Shown here piece by piece: positions 1 to 16,586 of a DNA stretch of 64,000 bases. How positions within the stretch are numbered: the stretch's first letter is position 1; each line of letters starts with the position of its first letter. The DNA is from an uncultured Chloroflexia bacterium. GTDB lineage: Bacteria; Chloroflexota; Anaerolineae; Anaerolineales; Villigracilaceae. The DNA is taken from positions 46,050 to 110,049 of the forward strand of contig CAWEKL010000002.1 of NCBI GenBank assembly GCA_963809585.1. Direction: 5' to 3'. The notes below the pieces were generated by a model. That model ran no database searches. It had not been told where the DNA came from and saw nothing but the letters and a program-made list of their open reading frames with translations. Position numbers and translations under genes: made by a program.

Positions 1-2
1 TC

Positions 3-194
3 GACCTGGAGGTCTCCTCCGTGCGCAAGAAGTGGAAGGACAAGGCCTTCGCCGCCGGAGCGGAGCGCGCCAACATCGAGACCGCCACCGCCGACTTCGG
101 CGTGGACATCTGGGAGCATGTCGGCAACGTCATCACCGCCATGCGCCGAATTGCACCAGAGTTGGGATTGGTAGGGAATGTGACCGCCCCTTAA
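3..194 (+). CDS. HD-superfamily metal-dependent phosphohydrolase, C-terminal fragment (5' end outside window)
   Basis: Frame 3 reads DLEVSSVRKKWKDKAFAAGAERANIETATADFGVDIWEHVGNVITAMRRIAPELGLVGNVTAP, then TAA at 192-194. The KKWKDKAFAAG...LGL tail matches my memory of the C-terminus of small HD-domain hydrolases (COG2316-like). It is absent from the ORF track because no start codon lies in the window. Confidence 0.5.
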   Translation, partial: DLEVSSVRKKWKDKAFAAGAERANIETATADFGVDIWEHVGNVITAMRRIAPELGLVGNVTAP

Positions 195-273
195 ATGTCA
201 TTGCGATTGGCCGCCACGATCGCGGAGCATCCCCGAAGCGAGGTGCCAGGGTCGGATCCGAGTAAAATCAAAA

Positions 274-307
274 AGTCCCACGGCGGGAAAGTGCCTGCCG
301 CGGGACT
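274..307. terminator. Hairpin between convergent genes (HD hydrolase and gyrA)
   Basis: AGTCCCACGGC (274-284) pairs with GCCGCGGGACT (297-307), 11 bp with one mismatch. On the minus strand it is followed by TTTTGATTTT (complement of 264-273). Confidence 0.5.
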
Positions 308-338
308 TCTACTTATTCAATCTCTGATTTTCTAATCC

Positions 339-3002
<2,664 letters not shown>

Positions 3003-3164
3003 CTAATTCCGCTGACAATCTTAAGGGGAAAGGGGCCGGGCGTCAAGTGTGCAGGCTCATCCTCCCAATAGGTGATAGCCCCCGCCGTTCCTATTCGATA
3101 CAATCCGTCCAATTAAGCGCGGCCCGGCCTTGCCGGGGTCATCTTTATTTACGGGAGGGTTCTG

Positions 3165-3599
3165 ATGAAAATGGATTCAGCCAAAAGCGTTTGGGCAGGG
3201 AGGGGTCTGACCTGGTTGGTGCTGTTGGGGGTTTCCTGCGGGATCGTCTTCCTCAGCTCGTTCATGCTTGGGCCGGCCCTCTTCTCCAGCGATGCTGTTG
3301 GCCGCAAGGTGGCGGTGAGCATCTACTGCCCCGGCGCGGTCTCCGTCACCGAGCAGAACGGCGCCTCCACCCAAACCACCACCAGCCCCAGCGGTCCTTA
3401 CGGTCACACCGTGGAGATCACTTGCAGCATGGCCGACGGCTCCACGCAGACCATCCGCAACGAGCAGTACGCCCTGGCCTCCATCGGGAGCATGTTCGGA
3501 GGCGGAGCGCTCTGCGGCCTCGGCATCTCGCTGCCCCTCTTCCTTATCCCCTTCTTCCTCTTCCGCCGGAAGAAGAACCTCTCCGTCATTCAGTCCTGA
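3165..3599 (+). CDS. Hypothetical membrane protein (N-terminal TM and C-terminal TM)
   Basis: 144-aa ORF. It has hydrophobic segments LTWLVLLGVSCGIVFLSSFML and GGGALCGLGISLPLFLIPFFLF followed by RRKK. GGAGGG lies upstream of the ATG. No family was recognised. Confidence 0.5.
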   Translation: MKMDSAKSVWAGRGLTWLVLLGVSCGIVFLSSFMLGPALFSSDAVGRKVAVSIYCPGAVSVTEQNGASTQTTTSPSGPYGHTVEITCSMADGSTQTIRNEQYALASIGSMFGGGALCGLGISLPLFLIPFFLFRRKKNLSVIQS

Positions 3600-4392
3600 T
3601 ACCAGATCAGCCAGCCCTTCGAAAGCCACTTGGTGCGCAGGTCCACATGATAGCCGCGCGCCGCCAGCCCCCGGGCAGCAGCAGCGAACCACTGCCTCAG
3701 CCCAAAGACCTTCGCCGGGGTGCTTTCCGACGCGCGCGCTTCCAGGCCTCGAAGAAATCGTGGATGGCCTCTCCCGGCCTCACACGGTGGATCAGGTTCT
3801 TCGGCAGGATCGTCTGGAACTCGCTCACCTCAAAGCCCAGCCGGAAGTTGGTGCTGAACACCAGCGCCTCCATGTTCCATCCTTCGGCTTTGCGCCGCGC
3901 CAGGTTGGCGGCCCATAACTGCCCGAAGGGAGTGGAAGTCCCCTCGATCATCAGCCCTCCTTCCAGCACGCTTTCCCCCAGTCGCGCGTACGCCGGCGCG
4001 AAGTCCTTCTCCTCGTACTGCCGCAGGACATTGAAGGCGCGGATCAGCCGCACGCGCTCCCCCGGAAGCAGTGGCAGGTTGAAGCCGCCCAGCCGGAAGA
4101 ACGTGCGCCCATCCGCGTAGGGCAGGGCCGCTTCCACGCGTTCCTTGTCGATCTCCACCCCCAGAATGCGCAGTTCGGGATTGGCTTGCCGGAACCGCCT
4201 TGCGCTCTCCAGCGTGGTGCGCGCGTCGAAGCCGTAGCCCAGGTCCACAAACAGCGCCTCCGCGAAAGGGCCGTCCCTGCGGGTCAGCAGCGCAGGCTCG
4301 TACATCAACAGGAAGTTATCGACGCGGCGCAGGCGGTTGGAGGCCGTCTTACCGCGGGTGGGCACTCCTTCAGGTTTGGCTGGGCGGGGCAT
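3590..4392 (-). CDS. Class I SAM-dependent methyltransferase-like protein (probable frameshift near 3700-3720)
   Basis: The ORF 3697-4392 contains FVDLGYGFDARTTLE (motif I-like) ...ILGVEID. After a GCGCGCGCG run, another frame continues as ESTPAKVFGLRQWFAAAARGLAARGYHVDLRTKWLSKGWLIWYQD, ending at TGA (complement of 3590-3592). Confidence 0.55.
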
Positions 4393-4408
4393 GGCTGCAT
4401 TATAAAAG

Positions 4409-4434
4409 CAGAGACGCCATTGCTGGCGTCTCTG
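4409..4434 (-). terminator. Rho-independent-type terminator downstream of rpoC
   Basis: Perfect 11-bp stem CAGAGACGCCA / TGGCGTCTCTG with a 4-nt loop. On the minus strand it is followed by CTTTTATAAT. Confidence 0.6.
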
Positions 4435-4455
4435 TGAATGGTTATGGGGCGATGT

Positions 4456-8872
<4,417 letters not shown>

Positions 8873-8944
8873 TTATCATCCAACCCCTATATTATACGCC
8901 GAATTAAATGAAAGTCAAGGACTTTCTCTCTGGAATTCCCATTC

Positions 8945-9628
8945 CTAAGGTACCACCGGGGGCTCCGTTGCCGTAGGTTCTGGCGTATTCGTATCCGGTG
9001 GGACCGGCGTATCGGGAGTAGGCGTATTCGTATCCGGTGGGACCGGCGTATCGGGATCGGCGTATTCGTATCTGGCAAGGGCGTATTTGTGTCCGGCACC
9101 GGAGTATTTGTTGGCCTCGGAGTATTCGTCGGCCTCGGTGTACTGGTCGGCAGCGGAGGTATTCGTCGGCAGCGGAGTATTCGTCGGTTTGGGGGTGGAT
9201 GTTGTCGGTTCGCCGGGGTGGCTGTTGGGACGGGTGTTCGCGAGGGAGGCACCGGACTGGTAGTCGGACTGGGTTGACGTCCTCTTATCGCGCGGGGTGG
9301 GCGTGTAGGTGCCAAACGGCGTCCGGGTCGGCGTCATGAAGGCTGTCGGCGTGAAGGTGGCCCTGGGGGTATTGGTCGGGAAAACGATATCGGTGGCGAT
9401 CTGGACGAACTGCGCCGAAAATGGCGCCTGGTCTGTCGCGAACGGGTTCGCCTGCCCGGTGGGTGTCGCGAACCCCCCGCCGCTCACCGGGATGATCTCC
9501 GCCGCCTGGGCCTCTTTCCCTGAATAATCGCCGTACACGTAATAGGAAATAAAATAAGGCAGGCAGAGCCCAAGAGCAACCGCCAGGACAGCTCCCATTA
9601 GCAGTTCGTATTTTCTGATTCTCAGCAT
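8945..9628 (-). CDS. Membrane-anchored Pro/Thr-rich repeat protein
   Basis: N-terminal TM is LLMGAVLAVALGLCLPYFISYYV, with RBS GGAAGGAG. The C-terminal half is built of (P)TNTP / PDTNTP repeats. Between about 9060 and 9180 the PT repeat continues only in another frame (PTSTPRPTNTPRPTNTPVPDTNTPLPDTNTPIP). This suggests two compensating indels. Confidence 0.55.
   Translation of the reverse strand: MLRIRKYELLMGAVLAVALGLCLPYFISYYVYGDYSGKEAQAAEIIPVSGGGFATPTGQANPFATDQAPFSAQFVQIATDIVFPTNTPRATFTPTAFMTPTRTPFGTYTPTPRDKRTSTQSDYQSGASLANTRPNSHPGEPTTSTPKPTNTPLPTNTSAADQYTEADEYSEANKYSGAGHKYALARYEYADPDTPVPPDTNTPTPDTPVPPDTNTPEPTATEPPVVP
8982..9059. repeat. 39-bp perfect-core tandem duplication inside the PT-rich gene
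   Basis: GGCGTATTCGTATCCGGTGGGACCGGCGTATCGGGA occurs at 8982-9017 and again at 9021-9056. Degenerate GGxGTATTCGT units continue to about 9190. Confidence 0.85.
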
Positions 9629-9795
9629 GGTCGCTCCTTCCGTCCTCTACCTCTAATGGTAAGGCTCAAATCCTTTCTGTCATGGCTTGGGGCCGATGCT
9701 GTCCGGGGGAAGGCTATCCTGATCCCCAGTATCCTTTATTATAACAATTACCGGGGACAAACCCACTCCCCTGAAAGTCCTCTCCCCCCTTTCCC

Positions 9796-10413
9796 CTACG
9801 GCGCCCTGCCAGCCCGGTTCCGGTACAGCTTCCCGTCCGGCACCGCGCGCATCTTCTCCTCGTCCAGGTCCATGCCCAGGAAGGCAGCCACGCGCCGGCA
9901 GGAGGTCCCCGGGTCCGCCATCATCCGGTTGTAGTCCACGTACAGCACTTCGATATTCGGCTGGCGCGGCAGCCAGTACTTCGCCGCCGCCAGGTGCTTC
10001 TCGAACTCCTCCCGCATCTGCACATCGCCCGCGCCGCCCCGCTCCTGCCGGTTCGCCAGCATTTTTTGCTGCGAGGCCAGCACCTCCTCCATGGCGCGCT
10101 CCATGAAGATGACTTTGTAGCGGTGGTCCGGCGGCAGGTATTCCAGCAGAGCTGAGATCACCTTCACCGCCTTGCCGCCCGCCTCCCGCAGCCATGCCGT
10201 CTGCCCGGCGGACATCTGCTTGACCGCCTCCAGCTCATAATAACCGTTGGGGTTGTCCCGGTCCGCCATGCGCATGGCGTCGCTGACCACCGCCAGCCCG
10301 CCCGCCTCCAGCATCTTCATCATCATGGAGGTCCCCGAGCGCGGCAGCCCCGAGACCACCACGATATCCTTTTTCACCGGCGCGGCTTGCTTTGCGAACA
10401 GTTTCCCGAACAT
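9796..10413 (-). CDS. Sulfotransferase family protein
   Basis: 205 aa. It has the PAPS-binding P-loop-like motif VVVSGLPRSGTSMMMKML and a size typical of bacterial Sulfotransfer_3-type enzymes. The start lies 3 nt after the stop of the upstream gene. Confidence 0.7.
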   Translation of the reverse strand: MFGKLFAKQAAPVKKDIVVVSGLPRSGTSMMMKMLEAGGLAVVSDAMRMADRDNPNGYYELEAVKQMSAGQTAWLREAGGKAVKVISALLEYLPPDHRYKVIFMERAMEEVLASQQKMLANRQERGGAGDVQMREEFEKHLAAAKYWLPRQPNIEVLYVDYNRMMADPGTSCRRVAAFLGMDLDEEKMRAVPDGKLYRNRAGRAP

Positions 10414-10416
10414 GCT

Positions 10417-12243
10417 CTAGAGATACCCCAGCCCTTTCAAGCGTTCCTCCAGGTCCTTTTGTCCCTGCGAACCCGTCTGGGAGGGCGGCTTGATGTACGA
10501 TTGGTCCAGGTGCTTGCCCAGCGCCAGGAAGGGGATGTCCCGGAAGGACAGCCCGGGCATGTTGCCGAGGTCCCGGTTGGCGAACAGCACCGCCGGCACC
10601 GCCAGCGAATCGATGCAGTGATCGCCGCCCCAGTGGTCGTGGTTTTCTTCCAGTTCCGTCTGCCCGATCTTCCCCAGTCCGGTCTCGGAGGAAGCCCGGT
10701 AGCGCGGCGCGTAGCCCACCACCAGGTCCGGCCCCAGGCGCGCATACGGCCCATTGAAGGCCTCGTGCTTGGGTACCATGCGGCTGATCACCGCGGTTCC
10801 GTCCGGCCCGCGCCACTCCAGCAGCCGGGTGCGGATCTCCTCCAGCAGGCTCTCCAGTTCCGCGGCTTGCACGATGCCCTGCCCCTCCCGGCCTGCCACG
10901 TTCAGGTACAGGCTGTTCAGCCCCAGCGCATAAGCCCTCGTCTGCGACCAGTCCACCCCGCTCAGGTCTGCCGCGGCCGGGTCCTTCAGCGTCATGTAGC
11001 CGTTCCGGGAAAGCCAGTAGTTGAGATTCACCTTGTGCTCGAAGGTCTTGAAGCCGTGGTCCGAGAGGAACAGCAGGCGGTATTTGTCCAGCCCCAGCGC
11101 GTCCATGCGCCCCTGCACTTCGCCCACGAACCCATCCAGCTTGAGATACCAATCCTCCACGATGTCCGTCCGGCCGCGCAGGAACATGTGCTGCACCCGG
11201 TCAAGACAATCGAAGACCCCCGCCAGCACGCCTTCCTTGAACCCCTCCAGCCGCCGGAAGAAGATGCGCTTCCTGGATTCGAAGATCGAATCGCACAGGC
11301 TCAGGAACTGCTCGTCGGTGATGCAGCCGTCCTCCAGCGCAGTGGTATCCTGCGGCCAGCCCAGCGTCAGGTACGGCCCGGCGTTCTTCCAGGCGTCCTT
11401 CACCAGCGAGGAAGGCGTGGCATAGTGCCAGGGCGAGTGCAGGGGGTGGATCTGCAATGGAAGGAAGTACAGGCTCACCCGCTCCCCGGCCTCGGTCAGG
11501 ATGGCCTGCGTGATCGCATGCACCGTGTAGGCGAACCCCGCCGGGAACTGTACCTCGAAGATCGGGCTCCACTGCCCGACTTTCAAATCCAGTCTCTGTT
11601 TGTCCACCGTCAGGCGCGCCGTCCCGCCCTCCAGCAGTTCCAGCGTGACGGACTGCGTCACCGCCTTGCTGCCCTCTTTGGTCTTGGTCTGCGGCCCAAC
11701 CAGCAAACCCCGGTATGTCCCCCGCCCTGAGGATTCCAGTTTCCCGACCCTTACCTTCTTTCCCTCCGCGGAGGGCTCCGTGCTCAACCAGGTCCCCACC
11801 CCCAGCTGGCCGCGGATATCCGGCGTGCCCAGCCCCGGGATGGTCGCCACGGGCAGCTCTGGCCGCGCCGGGAACAGCGCCGGCCACCACAGCGCGGTGG
11901 CAGGGTAGCCCAGTTCGGCTGCCTCATGGAACAGGGTCTTGGTCGTATAGGGAGGCAGGAACTGCTCCCCCACCGCGCTCTGTTTGGTGGGCAGCAGCGA
12001 CACGTAGGGGATATAGGTGGCCGGATCGCGGTGGACGAAATCGAAGATGCCGTGTGACCCGGGGTCTACGCCCGTGGCAATGCACGTCCACGAGACCTCC
12101 GTCTGCGGCGGCGAGCAGACCTCCAGGCGGGAATAACCGCCCGCGCCTGCAACCCTGCCCAGGTTGGGCAGCTTCCCGCTTTCGTACAGCTTCTCGAATG
12201 TGCCCGGATCGAAGGAATCAAACCCCACAATGACGGTGCGCAT
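10417..12243 (-). CDS. Alkaline-phosphatase-superfamily protein (type I phosphodiesterase / nucleotide pyrophosphatase-like)
   Basis: 608 aa. N-terminus is VIVGFDSFDPGTFEKL...CSPPQTEVSWTCIATGVDPGSHGIFDF, followed later by LFLSDHGF...GGDHC. These are metal-ligand motifs typical of the AP superfamily. Confidence 0.8.
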   Translation of the reverse strand: MRTVIVGFDSFDPGTFEKLYESGKLPNLGRVAGAGGYSRLEVCSPPQTEVSWTCIATGVDPGSHGIFDFVHRDPATYIPYVSLLPTKQSAVGEQFLPPYTTKTLFHEAAELGYPATALWWPALFPARPELPVATIPGLGTPDIRGQLGVGTWLSTEPSAEGKKVRVGKLESSGRGTYRGLLVGPQTKTKEGSKAVTQSVTLELLEGGTARLTVDKQRLDLKVGQWSPIFEVQFPAGFAYTVHAITQAILTEAGERVSLYFLPLQIHPLHSPWHYATPSSLVKDAWKNAGPYLTLGWPQDTTALEDGCITDEQFLSLCDSIFESRKRIFFRRLEGFKEGVLAGVFDCLDRVQHMFLRGRTDIVEDWYLKLDGFVGEVQGRMDALGLDKYRLLFLSDHGFKTFEHKVNLNYWLSRNGYMTLKDPAAADLSGVDWSQTRAYALGLNSLYLNVAGREGQGIVQAAELESLLEEIRTRLLEWRGPDGTAVISRMVPKHEAFNGPYARLGPDLVVGYAPRYRASSETGLGKIGQTELEENHDHWGGDHCIDSLAVPAVLFANRDLGNMPGLSFRDIPFLALGKHLDQSYIKPPSQTGSQGQKDLEERLKGLGYL

Positions 12244-12405
12244 TTACTCGCTGTCCTCGTCCTTATCCTTTCGCATCCTGCGGCGCAGGCGCGCCACCCC
12301 CTGCCGGATCTTTCCCGAGAAGATGAGCAGTGCGCCTGAAGCCACTGCCAGGAGGGCGGCCAGCACCTGGAACAGCACGCCGCCGGTATTCGGATCGATA
12401 TACAT
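12244..12405 (-). CDS. Small membrane protein (53 aa), below the ORF-track cutoff
   Basis: ATG (complement of 12403-12405) opens MYIDPNTGGVLFQVLAALLAVASGALLIFSGKIRQGVARLRRRMRKDKDEDSE. The TAA (12244-12246) directly abuts the ATG of the phosphodiesterase gene as TAAATG. It has one clear TM helix and a basic/acidic tail. Confidence 0.5.
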   Translation of the reverse strand: MYIDPNTGGVLFQVLAALLAVASGALLIFSGKIRQGVARLRRRMRKDKDEDSE

Positions 12406-12561
12406 ATTGCCTCACATTCTTGTTATAAGATCGCCGCGCCGGTAATGGGATTAACGGTCTTCCTGCTATTTTGCACCGCGCTGCGGGAGCGATGGTCAAG
12501 GGTTAATTCAGTCTTCAGGCAGGTATTTTACCATCCCGCCGGTCCCGGGCCGCTTCCATGC

Positions 12562-12590
12562 TTGACATACCCCCCCGCCTCAGTTAGAAT
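12562..12590 (+). promoter_or_regulatory. Sigma70-type promoter for the tRNA-Ala pair
   Basis: TTGACA (12562-12567), a 17-nt spacer, then TAGAAT (12585-12590). It lies about 20 nt upstream of the first tRNA. Confidence 0.65.
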
Positions 12591-12609
12591 ACGGTTCGCC
12601 TGTTTACAA

Positions 12610-12682
12610 GGGCCTGTAGCGCAGTTGGGAGCGCGCCTCAATCGCACTGAGGAGGTCAGGGGTTCGAATCCCCTCAGGTCCA
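12610..12682 (+). tRNA. tRNA-Ala (anticodon CGC)
   Basis: Hand-folded cloverleaf: acceptor GGGCCTG/CAGGTCC with the G3:U70 Ala identity pair, D-arm GCGC-AGTTGGGA-GCGC, anticodon arm CCTCA-ATCGCAC-TGAGG, and T-arm AGGGG-TTCGAAT-CCCCT. The 3' CCA is not encoded. Confidence 0.9.
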
Positions 12683-12774
12683 CAGATCTTTCCGGTCCAC
12701 CCCACCGTTCCGCAAAGGGGCGATTGCTTGCGCGATCGGAAACGTGGATCTGAAAGCGGCAATTTGTCAGAACC

Positions 12775-12850
12775 GGGCCCATAGCGCAGTTGGGAGCGCG
12801 TCTCAATGGCATTGAGAAGGTCGGGGGTTCGAATCCCCCTGGGTCCACCA
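12775..12850 (+). tRNA. tRNA-Ala (anticodon GGC), CCA encoded
   Basis: Acceptor GGGCCCA/TGGGTCC with G3:U70, anticodon arm TCTCA-ATGGCAT-TGAGA, and T-arm GGGGG-TTCGAAT-CCCCC. It is followed by ACCA. Confidence 0.9.
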
Positions 12851-12882
12851 GTGAAGGGCGGCGTCATCAGGCGCCGCTCTTG

Positions 12883-12891
12883 TGCTATAAT
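12883..12891 (+). promoter_or_regulatory. Extended -10 promoter (TGcTATAAT) for the leuS T-box leader
   Basis: TGCTATAAT lies at 12883-12891, just after a hairpin (GGGCGGCG...CGCCGCTC) that follows the second tRNA. No good -35 element is present. Confidence 0.45.
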
Positions 12892-12897
12892 TAAAAG

Positions 12898-13180
12898 ATA
12901 TCTTAAAGGTCACGGCAGGAGTAGTAAGTCATCCCGCCAGCGAGCCGGGAAAGCAAGGTGCAAGCCCGGCATGGTGTCCGCGGGAACGCCGCAAGACCCA
13001 ACTCGCCTGTCCACTCGCAAGAGGACCTCGCCGGTGAAACCCGCCCAGGGAAAGTAGTCCGCGACGGCATTGGCCCGTTACCGCCAGCACGAGCGCGCTG
13101 CGCTGGAGATCCAGCCGGCGAATTCGGGGTGGTACCGCGGAGCAGCCCTTCGTCCCTGACCGGATGAAGGGCTTTTTTGT
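12898..13180 (+). promoter_or_regulatory. T-box riboswitch leader (Leu), upstream of leuS
   Basis: The canonical T-box sequence AATTCGGGGTGGTACCGCGG lies at 13121-13140. UGGU matches a tRNA with discriminator A73. An AGTA element lies at about 12921, a stem-I distal region is CCAGCGAGCCGGGAAAGCAAGGTGCAAGCCCGGC, and candidate CUC specifiers are at 13002-13004 or 13014-16. A terminator hairpin with a T-run follows immediately. Confidence 0.8.
13144..13178 (+). terminator. T-box terminator hairpin
   Basis: AGCCCTTC (13144-13151) pairs with GAAGGGCT (13165-13172) and is followed by TTTTTT. Its 5' arm overlaps the T-box antiterminator region. Confidence 0.75.
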
Positions 13181-13383
13181 ATTGGAGGTCAGCTTGCGAG
13201 ACGTGACGTCGAAGCAACTCCTGTTTCTCTATTCTATAAAGGAGGCTCGAATGAAACCTGTGGTCCGTATCAACTGCATCTTCTGGAATGAAGGCCCTCT
13301 TCTTCCTCGCGCCTCCTCCCCCGCCGCCGATTCCGGGTAGCCCCCGCTCTCCAGCTTTTAATCCTTTACCTTCTGAGGTCCGA

Positions 13384-15922
<2,539 letters not shown>

Positions 15923-15937
15923 CCCCCTGAAAAACCG

Positions 15938-15965
15938 TTGGGCCGGACTTCATTGTCCGGCCCAA
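15938..15965 (+). terminator. Hairpin downstream of leuS
   Basis: TTGGGCCGGAC / GTCCGGCCCAA, a perfect 11-bp stem with loop TTCATT, 16 nt after the leuS stop. There is no strong T-run. Confidence 0.55.
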
Positions 15966-16050
15966 TATGTCATTGCGAGGAGTGTGGCGCCCGTGGCGCC
16001 ACCGACGAAGCAATCTCCTCCTACCCTGAAGCTGATACGATAGATAACTT

Positions 16051-16500
16051 CTATATTCTATCTGCCGCGGTCCTCGGCGCCTGGAACAGGTCTCTCAGCA
16101 GCAGGACACCTCCCACTCCCATCACAACCACCAGCAGGGCATACACAACGATCATCCCCAGCGTCAGCGCCCACTGCCAGCCCGTCGCTTCGATCGCCCC
16201 CGATGCCAGCCCGGTCATGACGGCCAGCCCCTGGGAGCCGAACAGCAGAACTACCGCGGCAAGCAGGCTCCAGCCGATCAGCCCTCGATGCAAACGCGCC
16301 CGCACGGCTGACCACAAGAGCAGTCCCCCGCCGATCAGCACGATCGGGAACAATTCAGCCGGCATGAGGTAATCAAAAAGGAATTTGCCACTTTGCACTC
16401 CCCGGGCCGCGGCAAAAAGAACAGGCGCCAGGATGGGAAGCCATATCATCACCGTCCCCACGACGGCCAGCAATTTGGTAAGCAGATCATTTCTGCCCAT
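16051..16500 (-). CDS. Hypothetical integral membrane protein (4 predicted TM)
   Basis: 149-aa ORF composed almost entirely of hydrophobic helices (LLAVVGTVMIWLPILAPVLFAA, LFPIVLIGGGLLLW, etc.). No family was recognised. Confidence 0.6.
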   Translation of the reverse strand: MGRNDLLTKLLAVVGTVMIWLPILAPVLFAAARGVQSGKFLFDYLMPAELFPIVLIGGGLLLWSAVRARLHRGLIGWSLLAAVVLLFGSQGLAVMTGLASGAIEATGWQWALTLGMIVVYALLVVVMGVGGVLLLRDLFQAPRTAADRI

Positions 16501-16586
16501 GGTTGCCCTCCCGATTTCGACTGCTGCGGCTGGTCGATTTACCAGCCCATCCCCAGTATATACCTGTTCTTCACCCGCTTTCTATA

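Noticed and set aside
197-206. A shared GTCATTGCGA word after the stop codons of the HD gene (197-206) and leuS (15969-15978), considered as a REP-like dispersed element.
   Set aside because: Only about 11 nt are identical. Hundreds of such chance 11-mer pairs are expected in 64 kb. The flanking hairpins differ. I cannot support a repeat family from this window alone.
8982-9190. Possible CRISPR array, prompted by the regularly spaced repeats.
   Set aside because: The repeats are directly tandem, with no unique spacers, and lie inside a coding PT-repeat region. No cas genes are in the window.
12263-12499. A 78-aa minus-strand ORF upstream of the phosphodiesterase gene.
   Set aside because: The translation is Arg/Pro/Gly-rich with no RBS. 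A different frame gives a clean 53-aa TM peptide whose stop abuts the next ATG, and that was annotated instead.
12610-12850. The tRNA-Ala pair as an integration hotspot for a genomic island.
   Set aside because: No integrase, direct repeat of the tRNA 3' end or compositional shift lies next to the tRNAs. The downstream gene is the core leuS with its own T-box.
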